The notes: a model not told the origin generated them from the letters alone. Shown: positions 41,064-52,048, numbered from the stretch's first letter. The stretch is DNA of 64,000 nucleotides from an uncultured Chloroflexia bacterium (GCA_963768655.1 CAVYIM010000007.1:160001-224000), one strand, 5' to 3'. Numbers and translations are program-made.

Positions 41064-42005
41064 TCAAACGGCGAGGTATTCCCGCGTCGCGGATAGCGCT
41101 TCTGCCAGCGGTAACTCGTGCGTGGCGTCGAGCCAGCGGATGTCGGCCTCGCGCCGGAACCACGTGGCCTGGTGGCGGGCGAAGACGATGTTGCGGCGGG
41201 CGTCCTGCGCGATTGCTTCTTCCAGCGGCAGGCGGCGCTCGATGACAGCCAGCGCCTCCGCGTAGCCGATCCCCGAGAAGCTCGGCAGCGTCGGTGAGAA
41301 GCGGGCGACGAGGGCGCGCGTCTCATCGACCAGGCCGGCGTCGAACTGGGCCCGCGCTCGGGCGTGGACGCGCTCGCGCAGGACCGGCGGCTCGACGTTC
41401 ATACCGAGCCACAGCACCGGTCGGCCGTAGCCGCGGGGTTGGGGAAGTGGTGCGTCACCCCGCAGGCGGGCGATCTCGACGGCCCGGACCACGCGGCGTG
41501 GGTTGCGGAGATCCACGGCTGCGGCTCGCGCCGGAGCGCGCTCGCGCAGCTCGCCGACGAGCGCGGGTAATCCATCCGTTGCCAGCCGCGCCTCCACGGA
41601 TGCGCGCACGTCGGCGTCCCAGGGCAGCTCGTCGACCGCGAGGCCACGGGCCACGGAACGGATGTAGAAGCCCGTGCCGCCGACCAGCAGCGCCACGGCT
41701 CCACGCTCGGCGATGCCTGCGAGCGCCTCGCCGGCACAGCCCGAGTAGTCGGCGACGCTGAAGGCCCGGTCCGGATCCACGAGGTCGAGGCAGTGGTGCG
41801 GCACCCGGGCGCGCTCGGCGGCCGTGACCTTGGCGGTGCCGATGTCCATGCCGCGGTATACCTGGCGCGAATCGGCGGAGACGATTTCGGCCGCCACTCC
41901 CCACGTGCGCAGCTCCTCGGCCAGGGCGAGCGACAGGGCCGTTTTGCCGCTGGCGGTGGTACCGGCAAGGACGACCAGGGGCGGGAGGCCGGCGGGCGCG
42001 GCCAC
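41064..42005 (-). CDS. miaA: tRNA dimethylallyltransferase
   Basis: GTTASGKT, SADSRQVYRGMDIGTAK, VGGTGFY. Confidence 0.96.
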   Translation of the reverse strand: MAAPAGLPPLVVLAGTTASGKTALSLALAEELRTWGVAAEIVSADSRQVYRGMDIGTAKVTAAERARVPHHCLDLVDPDRAFSVADYSGCAGEALAGIAERGAVALLVGGTGFYIRSVARGLAVDELPWDADVRASVEARLATDGLPALVGELRERAPARAAAVDLRNPRRVVRAVEIARLRGDAPLPQPRGYGRPVLWLGMNVEPPVLRERVHARARAQFDAGLVDETRALVARFSPTLPSFSGIGYAEALAVIERRLPLEEAIAQDARRNIVFARHQATWFRREADIRWLDATHELPLAEALSATREYLAV

Positions 42006-42017
42006 TTACGCGGCCAC

Positions 42018-43709
42018 CTACGAAGTCGGGGCGACGGCGCGCCCCGGGACGATCCGCCCGCGCAGCGCGAACGGGCCCGCGAACTCGACGCGGACGGTCA
42101 CGGTGCGGCCGACGAGCTCGGGGTCGCCGGACAGGTGGACGAGCTTGTTGTGGCGAGTCCGACCCGCGAGGGCGACGCTGCCGGCCCCGGCGGCGCCATA
42201 GAGACTCGGTACTCGGAGCGAAGCGTCAGCCGGGGGCGGGTCCTCTTCCGCGGCTGAGGCGGAGCGCTTGAGCGGCGTGATCAGCTCCACGAGCACCTCG
42301 ACGTCGCGTCCGAGCCATGCCCTGTTGCACTCCAGGCCGATCGACTCCTGGCAGGCCAGCAGGGCGTTCAGGCGGCGCCGCTTGACCGCCGCGGGCACGT
42401 CGTCGGCCATGCGCAACGCCGGAGTTCCAGGCCGTGGCGAGTAGGCCGCGGCGAAGACCGTATCGAACCGGATCTCCTCCATTACGCGCAGCGTGGCCTC
42501 GAACTGCGCCTCCGTCTCGCCGCAGAACCCGACGATGACATCCGTCGAGACCGCGATCCCCGGCACCGCTTCGCGTATCCCGGCGAGCCGCTCGCGATAG
42601 TGGTCGACCGTGTATTGGCGCCCCATCCGCTGCAGCATGGCGTCGTCGCCCGACTGGATCGGCAGATGCAGGTGCTCGCAGACGCTCGGGCATTCGGCCA
42701 TGGCGTCGATCAATCGGTCCGAGAGATCCCACGGATGGGACGTTATGAAGCGCAGGCGCGGAATGGCCGGGCCGCCCTGAGGGCCTTCGATCGAGTCGAT
42801 CGCGCGCAGCAATTCGGCCAGATCGGGGCGGCCGCGCAGGTCGAGCCTGTGCCCGCTCGATCTTTCCGTCGAGATGTGGCCGAACCGTTCTTCCGCCGGC
42901 AGATCGTGGCCGTAGCTGTTCACGTTCTGGCCGAGCAGGGTCAGCTCCGCGAACCCGGCCGCGGCGATGCTTTCCGCCTCGGCGACGATGTCATCGAATG
43001 GCCGGCTGCGCTCGGGTCCGCGCGAGAACGGGACGATGCAGTAAGTGCAGGTCTTGTCGCAGCCGTAGACGATCGGCAGCCAGGCAGAGCTGGCCGAAGA
43101 GCGGGCGACGCGGCCCTCGGCCAGGGCCGTTGCCCGGCTGGGCGGCAGATTGTCGGCGGCGCTGACCGGCCTGCCGGAGACGACTGTCGTGGCCGCCGTC
43201 GCCGCCGCCCGGAGGCCGACGGGAGCCTGCGCGGAGACCAGGCCCAGCCGCAGCGCCAGCTCGGGTTCCTCGTCGGGCCGCAGGAACATGTCGACCGCCG
43301 GGAAGCGTCGAGCCAGGCCGGCGCGTTCGGACTCGCGGACGCCGCAGCCGGTCAGCACGACCCGCAAACCGGGTTTGGCCCGCTTCAGTTCGGCGAGCTG
43401 GCCCTGGCGGCCGATGACTTTCGCCTCGGCGTGCTCGCGGACGGCGCAGGTGTTGATGACGATCAGGTCGGCCAGCTCCATCGAGGGCGCCCGCTCGCAG
43501 CCGACGGCCAGCAGCTGGCCGGCCATCTCTTCGGAGTCGCTCTGGTTCATCTGGCAGCCGAGGGTCCAGAGAAAGAAGCCGGGCATCTCGTGCAGGCCGG
43601 GCCGGAACTCGGCGACGGCCGGATCCACAGCCGGCGGGACGGCGCGGGGCGCCAGCTCGACCCGTGGGACAGCTGGCGGCGCGAGAGCGCCCTCCGGCCG
43701 CACCGTCAT
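42018..43709 (-). CDS. miaB: tRNA-i6A37 methylthiotransferase
   Basis: TLGCQMN, NTCAVRE, GCDKTCTYC radical SAM motif, TRAM domain. Confidence 0.95.
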   Translation of the reverse strand: MTVRPEGALAPPAVPRVELAPRAVPPAVDPAVAEFRPGLHEMPGFFLWTLGCQMNQSDSEEMAGQLLAVGCERAPSMELADLIVINTCAVREHAEAKVIGRQGQLAELKRAKPGLRVVLTGCGVRESERAGLARRFPAVDMFLRPDEEPELALRLGLVSAQAPVGLRAAATAATTVVSGRPVSAADNLPPSRATALAEGRVARSSASSAWLPIVYGCDKTCTYCIVPFSRGPERSRPFDDIVAEAESIAAAGFAELTLLGQNVNSYGHDLPAEERFGHISTERSSGHRLDLRGRPDLAELLRAIDSIEGPQGGPAIPRLRFITSHPWDLSDRLIDAMAECPSVCEHLHLPIQSGDDAMLQRMGRQYTVDHYRERLAGIREAVPGIAVSTDVIVGFCGETEAQFEATLRVMEEIRFDTVFAAAYSPRPGTPALRMADDVPAAVKRRRLNALLACQESIGLECNRAWLGRDVEVLVELITPLKRSASAAEEDPPPADASLRVPSLYGAAGAGSVALAGRTRHNKLVHLSGDPELVGRTVTVRVEFAGPFALRGRIVPGRAVAPTS

Positions 43710-44803
43710 GAAGGCGAGGCCTCGGTGCGGATCGTCAAACGGCGGCGGCCGAGCAGCGCGTACAGGTTCGTGGCGTCCTCGTCGGGTACGTAGAGAGCGG
43801 CGTGCGCCTCAGCATACGTCTCCCCGTCGCCGTGATAGTCGCTCCCGCCCGTGGGAACCAGGCGCAGCTCACCCGCGACGTCGGCCAGCTCGGCGATGGT
43901 GTCGGAATCGAAGTGGCGGTAGTGGACCTCTAGCCCGCCCAGCCCGACCTTTTTCAGGTCCTCGACCAGTTCGCGGCGCTCGTAGGCATCGGCGAAATGG
44001 GCCAGTGCTGGCAGTCCGCCGGCGGCCCTGATGGCGGAGATGGCCTCGTTCGGACCCAGGCCCTCTCGGGGCACGTATGCCGGCTTGCCGCGGCCCAGGA
44101 GACGCTGCATCGCGTCGTCCACGCTCGAGGCGTACCGCGCGGTCACGAGGCAGCGGGCGATCTGTGGCCTGCCGAGCGCGGCGCCGGACGCGGCCGGCTG
44201 TCCGGCCAGCAGCTCGTGGACCTGATCGTCGACCGAGTAGCCGAGCTGTGCCAGCCGGTCGACGATCCGACTGAACCGGGTCAGGCGAAAGCAGCGCTGG
44301 CGTTCGAGCGTCGCTTCGAAGAAGTCGTCGTTGACGTCTACGCCCAGGCCGAGGATGTGCAGCTCGCCTTCCCACAGCTGGGGGATGCCCATGGCGACGC
44401 TGTTGATCTCGACCGCCGGCAGCAGCTCGAGCGATAGGGGCGGCTGGCCGGGCGCGAGCAGCTCCCTGACGCCTGCCAGCGTGTCGTGGTCGGAGAGCGC
44501 CAGGACCTGCACGCCGGACGTCGCGGCCGCGCCGACCAGCTCGCGCGGCTCGAGAACGCCATCGGAGCGGCAGCTATGCGTGTGCAGGTCCACCCGTGAC
44601 GGATGCGGGGGTACGACCCGATCGCCCTGAGTGGCCCGGTAGGCGGTGCTGCGGTACCGGTAGGAGCCGGTGTCGCCCTTCAGCGGATCGGCCGGTTTGG
44701 GGGCGCGTGCGCGATCGTTCTGCGCGGAGCCCGTCGGGGCCTTCTCGCTCGCGCGGGCTGCCCGCCGGAGAAGCTCGTCTCGGCGCCGCTGGTCGTCGGT
44801 CAC
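43706..44803 (-). CDS. PHP-domain phosphoesterase (YciV/TrpH-like)
   Basis: DLHTHSCRSDG, SDHDT, GGSDYHG; start uncertain. Confidence 0.88.
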   Translation of the reverse strand: MTDDQRRRDELLRRAARASEKAPTGSAQNDRARAPKPADPLKGDTGSYRYRSTAYRATQGDRVVPPHPSRVDLHTHSCRSDGVLEPRELVGAAATSGVQVLALSDHDTLAGVRELLAPGQPPLSLELLPAVEINSVAMGIPQLWEGELHILGLGVDVNDDFFEATLERQRCFRLTRFSRIVDRLAQLGYSVDDQVHELLAGQPAASGAALGRPQIARCLVTARYASSVDDAMQRLLGRGKPAYVPREGLGPNEAISAIRAAGGLPALAHFADAYERRELVEDLKKVGLGGLEVHYRHFDSDTIAELADVAGELRLVPTGGSDYHGDGETYAEAHAALYVPDEDATNLYALLGRRRLTIRTEASPS

Positions 44804-44804
44804 G

Positions 44805-45644
44805 CTAGACCTCGACGACGCGCGCGACCCGCTCGATCGCCAGCGCCCGACCCGTGTCGGGATCGACGTCGATCTGGCAGGCATTGAAGACCACCGGACC
44901 GGTCCCCACTTCGAAGCGCGTCGGCAGGCCGTTCAGAAAGCGAGGGATCACCGTGGCCGGATCGAAGCCGATGACGCTGTGAACAGGCCCGCACATGCCG
45001 AGATCCGACTGGTAGGCCGTGCCCTTTGGCATGATCCGCTCGTCGGCGGTGGCAACGTGGGTGTGCGTCCCTACGACCGCGCTAGCTCGACCGTCGAGGT
45101 AGATGCCAAAGGCGTTCTTCTCGCTGGTCAGCTCGCAGTGGAAGTCCACGACGCGGACCGGCGGCAAGGGCTCGGAGGCCTCGTCGATCAGGCGGTCGAA
45201 GTCGGTGAAGGGATTCTCGATCGGGGTCATGTACGTGCGGCCCTGGAAGTTGAGCACGGCCACGTCCGTGCCGTCGGCGGCGCGGAAGATGCCCCAGCCG
45301 CGTCCCGGGACCCCGTCCGTGCCGTAGTTGTGCGGGCGAAGGATCCGCTCGTCGTGTTCGAGTTCCTGGTACATCTCGCGCTTGTCCCAGATGTGGTTGC
45401 CCGAGGTGATGACGTCTATCCCGGACTTGAACATGCCCTCGGCGGTGGAAGCGGTCAGGCCCATTCCGCCGGCAACGTTCTCGCCGTTGGCGGTGACCAG
45501 GGCGATGTCGCGCTCGTGCCGAAGGCCGGGGAGAAGCGCCTCGACGGCCAGCCTGCCGGGCCGCCCGATCAGGTCGCCGATCATGAGGATGCGGCAGGCA
45601 CGCCGGCCTGCCGGGGTAAGGGGCGGGCCGGCGGGGACGGACAC
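44805..45644 (-). CDS. ymdB: YmdB-like metallophosphoesterase
   Basis: GDLIG.PG, NGEN, TSGNH, DFHCE.TSEK, GTHTHV; downstream of rny. Confidence 0.93.
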   Translation of the reverse strand: MSVPAGPPLTPAGRRACRILMIGDLIGRPGRLAVEALLPGLRHERDIALVTANGENVAGGMGLTASTAEGMFKSGIDVITSGNHIWDKREMYQELEHDERILRPHNYGTDGVPGRGWGIFRAADGTDVAVLNFQGRTYMTPIENPFTDFDRLIDEASEPLPPVRVVDFHCELTSEKNAFGIYLDGRASAVVGTHTHVATADERIMPKGTAYQSDLGMCGPVHSVIGFDPATVIPRFLNGLPTRFEVGTGPVVFNACQIDVDPDTGRALAIERVARVVEV

Positions 45645-45650
45645 GGGCGG

Positions 45651-47186
45651 CTACTTGGCGTATTCGACGGCCCGCGTCTCGCGGATGACCGTCACCTTGA
45701 TCTGGCCCGGGTAGGTGAGGCTGGCCTCGATCTTCTTGACCACGTCGCGGGCCAGGCGGGTGGCGGTGACGTCGTCGATCTGTTCCGGCCTCACGAGGAT
45801 GCGAACCTCGCGACCGGCCTGGACCGCGAAGCTCTTCTCCACTCCCTCGAAGCTCTCCGCGATCGCCTGCAGGTCCTCCAGACGCCGGACGTACGTTTCC
45901 ATCGACTCGCCGCGGGCGCCTGGCCGCGAGGCGCTGATCGCGTCCGCGACCTGGACGATGGGAGCCTCCATGGACGCGTACTCGACTTCCTGGTGGTGGG
46001 CCGCGATGGCGTTCACGACCTTCGGCGAGAGGTTGTGACGCTGCGCGATCTGGGCTCCGATCTGGGCGTGCGGTCCTTCGACTTCGTGGTCGACTGCCTT
46101 GCCCATGTCGTGGAGCAGGCCGCCGACCTTGGCCGCCTGCACGTCCAGGCCCAGCTCCGAGGCGATCATTGCCGCAAGTCGGCTGGTCTCGACGGAGTGG
46201 ACGAGCACGTTCTGGCCGTAGCTGGTCCGATACTTGAGGCGGCCCAGTAACTTCACTATCTCCGAGGGAAGGGCCGGGATCCCGGCGTCGTATATGGCCT
46301 GCTCGCCGGCCTGGCGCATGACCAGGTCAACCTCCGCGCGCGCCTTGGCGACGACCTCCTCGATGCGTCCGGGGTGGATGCGGCCGTCGGCCATGAGCTT
46401 GGTCAGGGCCAGGCGGGCGACCTCTCGGCGGACCGGATCGAAGGCGCTGATGACGACCGTCTCGGGGGTGTCGTCGATGATCAGGTCGACGCCGGTGGCC
46501 TGCTCCAGGGCCCGTATGTTGCGACCCTCGCGACCGATGATGCGGCCCTTCATCTCGTCGTTCGGCAGATGGACGGCGCTGACCGTGTGCTCGGCCGTGT
46601 GGTCCGCCGCGATGCGCTGCATCGTGGTGATGACGATCTCACGGGCGCGATCCTCGGCCTCGTCGCGGGCGGCCCGCTCGATCGCCTTGGCGATGCGGAC
46701 GGCATCGTGCTCGGCTTCGTCACGAACCGCGTCGAGGAGCTGAGCCTTGGCCTCGGCCGCGGTCATTCCGCTCACGCGCTCTAGCGCAGCAACGTGCTCC
46801 TGCTGGGCCGTGGCGAGCTGTTGACGGCTGTTCTCGAGCTCGCGTTCGCGCTCCAGGAGCTTGCGATCGCGCTGCTCGAGCATGTCGGACCGGAGATCGA
46901 GTTGTTCGTCGCGGGCGAGGAGACGGCTCTCCAGGCCGGAGAGCTCCGCTCGTTTGGCACGGGCCTCGTCTTCGGCCTCACGCGCCAGCCTTAGCTTCTC
47001 GTCCTTGGCTTCGAGGATCAGTTCCTTCTGCTGGGCGCGGGCCTCGGCGACGATGCGACCGGCTTTGTCCTGGGCGCTCTTCACCGCCTGATTGGCCAGC
47101 TGCCCGCGAGCCAGGAACCCGACGACCACGCCCACGGCAAGGGCAACCACAGCGGCTGTGGCCACAAGGGCTAGTTCCATATTCAT
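45651..47186 (-). CDS. rny: Ribonuclease Y
   Basis: TM anchor, coiled coil, [32 protein letters not shown]. Confidence 0.98.
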   Translation of the reverse strand: MNMELALVATAAVVALAVGVVVGFLARGQLANQAVKSAQDKAGRIVAEARAQQKELILEAKDEKLRLAREAEDEARAKRAELSGLESRLLARDEQLDLRSDMLEQRDRKLLERERELENSRQQLATAQQEHVAALERVSGMTAAEAKAQLLDAVRDEAEHDAVRIAKAIERAARDEAEDRAREIVITTMQRIAADHTAEHTVSAVHLPNDEMKGRIIGREGRNIRALEQATGVDLIIDDTPETVVISAFDPVRREVARLALTKLMADGRIHPGRIEEVVAKARAEVDLVMRQAGEQAIYDAGIPALPSEIVKLLGRLKYRTSYGQNVLVHSVETSRLAAMIASELGLDVQAAKVGGLLHDMGKAVDHEVEGPHAQIGAQIAQRHNLSPKVVNAIAAHHQEVEYASMEAPIVQVADAISASRPGARGESMETYVRRLEDLQAIAESFEGVEKSFAVQAGREVRILVRPEQIDDVTATRLARDVVKKIEASLTYPGQIKVTVIRETRAVEYAK

Positions 47187-47460
47187 TTGCCTCCCGTCCG
47201 GCCGATGACGCGGCCGGAGGTACGTCGAAACTGGCTGGGGCGGCCGTGTCCGGTCTGGGCCCGCTCCCGGGGCGCCATTGGACCAAGCCGCGTTGTAGAT
47301 GATTTCGAGCTGGCGTCGCGGCCAGGGCGTGGCTGGCGACGCATTGTTCGTCTCGCGCGTAGTCTACGGCGGACGGGCCAATCCGGTCACGCGCGCGCGA
47401 AACGGGGAGTTCTCGTTCCGGTTGGCGTGCCGGTGCCGCGCGCCAACCGGCCGCCCGTCG

Positions 47461-48093
47461 TCAGTCTTCCCAGGCCGAGGGATCGTCCCCCGCTTCCGGG
47501 GCGGCCGCGAAGAACCGGCGAGTCGCCTCCCGGCACACGTCGGGGTCGAAGCCGTTGCGGGCTAGCAGTGCGTACGCCCGCTGGCGGCGGGCTCGTGAGT
47601 CGGCGATGCGCGCCAGGACGCGGCCCCGTCGGGCAAGAAGACGCTCGGCTGCGGCCATGTCCGGCCCCTCCCGTGCCTCGCCGACATCGCTGCCACCACC
47701 TTCGTCGGCAGTGCCGGGGCCGAGGTGGCCGGTCCGCCTCTCGCCGAGGACCTCGGCCGCCAGATCTCTGTCGATGCCCTTGAGCGCCAGCTCGCGGCGC
47801 AGGGCAGCCTCGCTGCGTGGCCTGGCTCGGTCGCGCAATTCCACCCACGTGCGGGCGAAAGTGGCGTCGTCGAGCATTCTGAGCTCCGTCAGTCGGACGA
47901 TTGCCGCCTCGACCAGGTCGGCTCGATACCCGGCCCCGGTGAGGTGGCGCCGCAGTTCATCTACGGAGCGGGATCGAGCCTCGAGGAACCGCGCCGCGGC
48001 GTTCAGGACGATGGCGGGGTCGTCTATGAGAGCGCGGCGCTCGCGGCGCTCACGGAGCAATTCCCTGTGGTCCTGCGCGTACGTGCGAGGCAT
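47461..48093 (-). CDS. recX: Regulatory protein RecX
   Basis: RSVDELRRHL, LDDATFA, LARNGF; follows recA. Confidence 0.9.
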   Translation of the reverse strand: MPRTYAQDHRELLRERRERRALIDDPAIVLNAAARFLEARSRSVDELRRHLTGAGYRADLVEAAIVRLTELRMLDDATFARTWVELRDRARPRSEAALRRELALKGIDRDLAAEVLGERRTGHLGPGTADEGGGSDVGEAREGPDMAAAERLLARRGRVLARIADSRARRQRAYALLARNGFDPDVCREATRRFFAAAPEAGDDPSAWED

Positions 48094-48100
48094 GAGCCCG

Positions 48101-49183
48101 CTACTCGGCCTCCTCGATGCCCTCCACCGGCAGCGAGACTTCGGACATCTTGGCCCGGATCTGCTTCTCGACCTCGGCCGCGATGTCTGGATTGGCCTTC
48201 AGGAACTCCTTGGCGGCCTCCCGACCCTGGCCCAGCCGGGTTTCGCCGAAGGTGAACCAGGCCCCGGTCTTCGCGACCAGGCTCATGGCCGTCCCGACGT
48301 CAAGAAGGCCGCCTTCCTTGGAGATGCCCTGGCCGAACATGATGTCGAACTCGGCGGCCTTGAAAGGTGGCGCGACCTTGTTCTTGACGACCTTGACCTT
48401 GACGCGGTTGCCGACAGAGTCCGTGCCCGACTTGATCGTCTCGATGCGCCGGATGTCCAGGCGCACGCTGGCGTAGAACTTCAGGGCCCGGCCGCCCGGC
48501 GTGACCTCGGGATTCCCGAACATGACCCCGATCTTCTCGCGCAGCTGATTGGTGAAGATGAGGCTGGTGTTCGATCGACTGACGACGCCGGCGAGCTTGC
48601 GAAGGGCCTGGCTCATCAGCCGGGCCTGGATGCCCACGAACGAGTCGCCCATCTCGCCTTCGATCTCGGCCTTGGGCACGAGGGCGGCAACGGAGTCCAC
48701 CACGACGGCGTCCACACCGTTGGAGCGAATCAGCGTCTCGGTGATCTGCAGCGCGTCCTCGCCGGTGTCGGGCTGGCTGACGAGCAGTTCGTCCACGTTG
48801 ACGCCGCAGGCGCGCGCGTAGCCCGGATCGAGGGCATGCTCGACGTCGATGAAGGCGACTACGCCGCCCTTGCGCTGAGCTTCCGCCAGGATGTGCTGAC
48901 ACAGCGTGGTCTTGCCCGACGATTCGGGCCCGAAAATCTCGGTGATGCGACCGCGCGGGATTCCACCCACGCCCAGGGCGAGGTCCAGCGCTATCGAGCC
49001 AGTTGGTATGACGTCAACCTGGGCTCGTTCCGACGAGCCGAGACGCATGATCGAGCCTCGCCCGAATTGCTTCTCGATGGCCAGAATCGCCGCGTCGACG
49101 GCCTTGGTGCGTTCATTCGGGCGCTCGGTAGAGCGCTCCGCGCCTGTTGCCCGGGCCTCGGTCCCTCGCTCGATCATCGCCAC
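48101..49183 (-). CDS. recA: Recombinase A
   Basis: [29 protein letters not shown]. Confidence 0.99.
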   Translation of the reverse strand: MAMIERGTEARATGAERSTERPNERTKAVDAAILAIEKQFGRGSIMRLGSSERAQVDVIPTGSIALDLALGVGGIPRGRITEIFGPESSGKTTLCQHILAEAQRKGGVVAFIDVEHALDPGYARACGVNVDELLVSQPDTGEDALQITETLIRSNGVDAVVVDSVAALVPKAEIEGEMGDSFVGIQARLMSQALRKLAGVVSRSNTSLIFTNQLREKIGVMFGNPEVTPGGRALKFYASVRLDIRRIETIKSGTDSVGNRVKVKVVKNKVAPPFKAAEFDIMFGQGISKEGGLLDVGTAMSLVAKTGAWFTFGETRLGQGREAAKEFLKANPDIAAEVEKQIRAKMSEVSLPVEGIEEAE

Positions 49184-49264
49184 CTAGCTCCTCGCTCCTG
49201 TCCTCGATCGTTGCCACGACTTGGGATTAGCGGAACGGGTCGCCGGACGGCGTCCGCCCGCCTA

Positions 49265-49420
49265 TTAGCTCTCGGTCTCGTCGGTCCGCGGCTTCCGCTT
49301 CGGCTTCCACACCTCGACGTTGGTGGGGGGCTCCAGCATGGGCTGGATCTGGGGGGTCTTCTTCCCAGCGTCCTTGGGCTTCTTCTTTTCTTCACGGTGC
49401 GGGCGGTCTCGGCTCGCCAT
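49265..49420 (-). CDS. Small basic hypothetical protein (51 aa)
   Basis: GGAGG RBS; MASRDRPHREEKKKPK...; between tgt and recA. Confidence 0.6.
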   Translation of the reverse strand: MASRDRPHREEKKKPKDAGKKTPQIQPMLEPPTNVEVWKPKRKPRTDETES

Positions 49421-49460
49421 CGGGTGCGCCTCCGCGTTCCACAGGCTACTGGTGGGCTCT

Positions 49461-50666
49461 TCACTCCGGCTGCACTGGCAATGCACGCGCTCCTGACGGA
49501 GGGGTCCGCGCCCGGAGTCCGGGCAGCCGATCGGAGAACGTGCCTGAGCGCAGCGCGTCGCGGATTTCGGCCATGAAGTCTAGGGTGAAGGTCATGTTGT
49601 GACAAGTTGCCAGGCGGTAGGCGAGAAGCTCCTCGGCACGGAACAGGTGAGCCAGATAAGCGCGCGAGAAGTTGCGACACAGCAGACAGCGGCAGCCCTC
49701 CTGGACCGGCCGGCGGTCCTCCACGAACTGGGCGTTGCGCATGTTCAGGCGGCCGCCGGGGACCCACAGCTGACCGTTGCGGGCGACTCGTGCCGGCAGC
49801 ACGGAGTCGAACAGATCGACGCCGCGATGCACCGCCTCGAGCAGGTCCGCCGGCGAGCCGAGGCCCATCAGGTAGCGCGGCCGCGGATCGTCGGCAAGCA
49901 GGCCGATGGCAACGGCGAGAGCTGCCTCACGCTGGGCGGGTGTCTCATCGCCGGCCAGGCCGCCGATGCAGATGCCGTCGAACGGCTGGCCCGCCATGAA
50001 ACTCGTCGACTCGGCTCGAAGCCGCGGATCGAGGCCGCCCTGGACGACGCCGAAAAGGGCTTGATCGGGTCGCGTGTGCGCGGCGAGCGAGCGCTCGGCC
50101 CAGCGATGAGTGCGAGCCATGGCTTCCGCGACGGCCTGCGGGGTCGACGAGGCGGGCGGCACCGGCTGATCGAAAGCGACGGCGATGTCTGCGCCGAGCG
50201 CCTCCTGCACGGCGATCGAGTGCTCGGGCGTGAAGCGATGGTAGGAGCCGTCGAGATGGCTCTGGAAGGTGACGCCCTCGTCGTCGATCTTGCGCAACTC
50301 GCCCATCGAGGCAACCTGGAACCCGCCTGAGTCGGTGAGGAGCGGCCGGTCCCAGGCCATGAAGCTGTGCAGGCCGCCGAGCCGCGCAATTCGCTCGTGT
50401 CCGGGGCGAAGGTAGAGGTGATACGTGTTGGCCAGGATGATCGTGGCGCCGGCCTCGCGAAGGTCGTCGGGAGCGAGCGCCTTCACCGTCGCGTTGGTGC
50501 CGACCGGCATGAACTGGGGCGTCTCAACGACCCCGTGGGGCAGCGTCAGCCGCCCGACCCGACCTTGAGTGGACCCATCGCCGGGCGGCGCGACCTCGAC
50601 TTCGTAGCGGACCGGAGATGTCTTGGGGATGCGATGGGCGGGCGGGCGATCCGGTGCGTCTGCCAT
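49461..50666 (-). CDS. tgt: tRNA-guanine transglycosylase
   Basis: TPQFMPVGT, NTYHL, TDSGGFQ, Zn motif CRCLLC...HN. Confidence 0.95.
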   Translation of the reverse strand: MADAPDRPPAHRIPKTSPVRYEVEVAPPGDGSTQGRVGRLTLPHGVVETPQFMPVGTNATVKALAPDDLREAGATIILANTYHLYLRPGHERIARLGGLHSFMAWDRPLLTDSGGFQVASMGELRKIDDEGVTFQSHLDGSYHRFTPEHSIAVQEALGADIAVAFDQPVPPASSTPQAVAEAMARTHRWAERSLAAHTRPDQALFGVVQGGLDPRLRAESTSFMAGQPFDGICIGGLAGDETPAQREAALAVAIGLLADDPRPRYLMGLGSPADLLEAVHRGVDLFDSVLPARVARNGQLWVPGGRLNMRNAQFVEDRRPVQEGCRCLLCRNFSRAYLAHLFRAEELLAYRLATCHNMTFTLDFMAEIRDALRSGTFSDRLPGLRARTPPSGARALPVQPE

Positions 50667-51751
50667 CAGCGAGCGGATGCGTCGGGGTCGGTCGTGCCGT
50701 CCCAGAGCGCCGGCTGGTCGGCATCGCTGCGCCGCGGCGGCGGTACTTCGTAACCGAGGCGCGCCAGGTGCTGGCGAGCGCCGTCCGTGGCGATACGACC
50801 CTGTGGGGTCCGGTCGAGGAACCCCAGCCGCAGAAGGAAGGGCTCGTAGACGTCCTCGACCGTTTCCGGCTCCTCTGCCAGAACCGCGGCCAAGGCTTGC
50901 ACTCCCACCGGCCCGCCGCCGAACTTCTGGACGATGGCGGCGAGCAGCTTGCGGTCCGTCCCGTCCAGGCCGGCGTCGTCGATCTCGAGAGCGGCCAGTG
51001 CCTGATCGGCGGTGGCGGCGTCGACCCTGCCATCGCCGTGGATCTGGGCGTAGTCGCGCACGCGACGCAGCAGGCGGTTCACGACGCGTGGAGTGCCGCG
51101 ACCGCGGCGGGCGATCGCGGCGGCCCCGTCCGAGCTGAGCTCCACGCCCAGCAGCCGAGCGGACCGCTCGACGATCGCCGTCAGGTCCGCAAGATCGTAG
51201 AAGTCAAGCCGGTAGGTGGCGCCGAAACGGTCGCGCAGCGGGCTGGATATTCGACCCGCCCGCGTGGTCGCTCCGACGATCGTGAACGGCTTCAGGCTGA
51301 GGCGCAGGCTGCGGGCCGACGGCCCCTTGCCGATCATGACGTCGAGGGCGTAGTCCTCCATCGCCGGGTAGAGGATCTCCTCGACAGCGCGATTGAGGCG
51401 GTGGATCTCATCGATGAAGAGGACGTCGCGCTCGTCCAGCGACGTCAGAATGGCGGCGAGGTCCCCTGCCCGCTCGATCGCGGGGCCGCTGGCATACCGA
51501 ATGTTCGCGCCGAGCTCGCGGGCCACGATCGTGGCCAGCGTGGTCTTGCCCAGGCCGGGCGGGCCGTGGAGCAGGATGTGGTCCGCCGCGTCCCCTCTCT
51601 GGCGGGCGGCTCCGAGCAGGACCGAGAGATTGGCCTTCAGCTCGCGCTGGCCGATGTACTCACCGAGAGTCTTGGGCCGCAGCGTCCGGTCGACGACGAC
51701 GTCGGCGTCTTCCTGGATGTCCGGGGCCAGGATGCGCGAGAAGTCAGTCAC
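50666..51751 (-). CDS. ruvB: Holliday junction helicase RuvB
   Basis: [24 protein letters not shown]. Confidence 0.98.
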   Translation of the reverse strand: MTDFSRILAPDIQEDADVVVDRTLRPKTLGEYIGQRELKANLSVLLGAARQRGDAADHILLHGPPGLGKTTLATIVARELGANIRYASGPAIERAGDLAAILTSLDERDVLFIDEIHRLNRAVEEILYPAMEDYALDVMIGKGPSARSLRLSLKPFTIVGATTRAGRISSPLRDRFGATYRLDFYDLADLTAIVERSARLLGVELSSDGAAAIARRGRGTPRVVNRLLRRVRDYAQIHGDGRVDAATADQALAALEIDDAGLDGTDRKLLAAIVQKFGGGPVGVQALAAVLAEEPETVEDVYEPFLLRLGFLDRTPQGRIATDGARQHLARLGYEVPPPRRSDADQPALWDGTTDPDASAR

Positions 51752-51774
51752 CGGCGCGCTCGCTCATGCCGCGG

Positions 51775-51800
51775 ATCATACCAGACCGAACGGGTGTTCT
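51775..51800 (-). promoter_or_regulatory. LexA (SOS) box next to extended -10 upstream of ruvB
   Basis: CGAACGGGTGTTCT 51787-51800 (GAAC-N4-GTTC); TGGTATGAT on minus at 51775-51783. Confidence 0.8.
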
Positions 51801-51844
51801 ACCTTCGGAATCGCTCCAGGTTCGAGCCATCCGGAGCGAAGATT

Positions 51845-52048
51845 TCAGTTGGCCGCGTAATCGAATGCCGGGTCCTCTCTCTCGGCCGCCACGATCCGCT
51901 CGAGCACGCTCATGCGGCTCCACGCTTCGGGTCGTGTGAGCGCCACTCTGCGCTCACGAAGTGGCGCTGCGACGGCTGCGGTCTCATCAGTAAGCGCGAC
52001 CAACGCCGTCAGCGAGATCCGGTCCTTTCCTCTGCCGTGTGATCTCAT
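51845..52048 (-). CDS. Small hypothetical protein
   Basis: GGAG just before ATG; 67 aa between ruvA and ruvB. Confidence 0.4.
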   Translation of the reverse strand: MRSHGRGKDRISLTALVALTDETAAVAAPLRERRVALTRPEAWSRMSVLERIVAAEREDPAFDYAAN

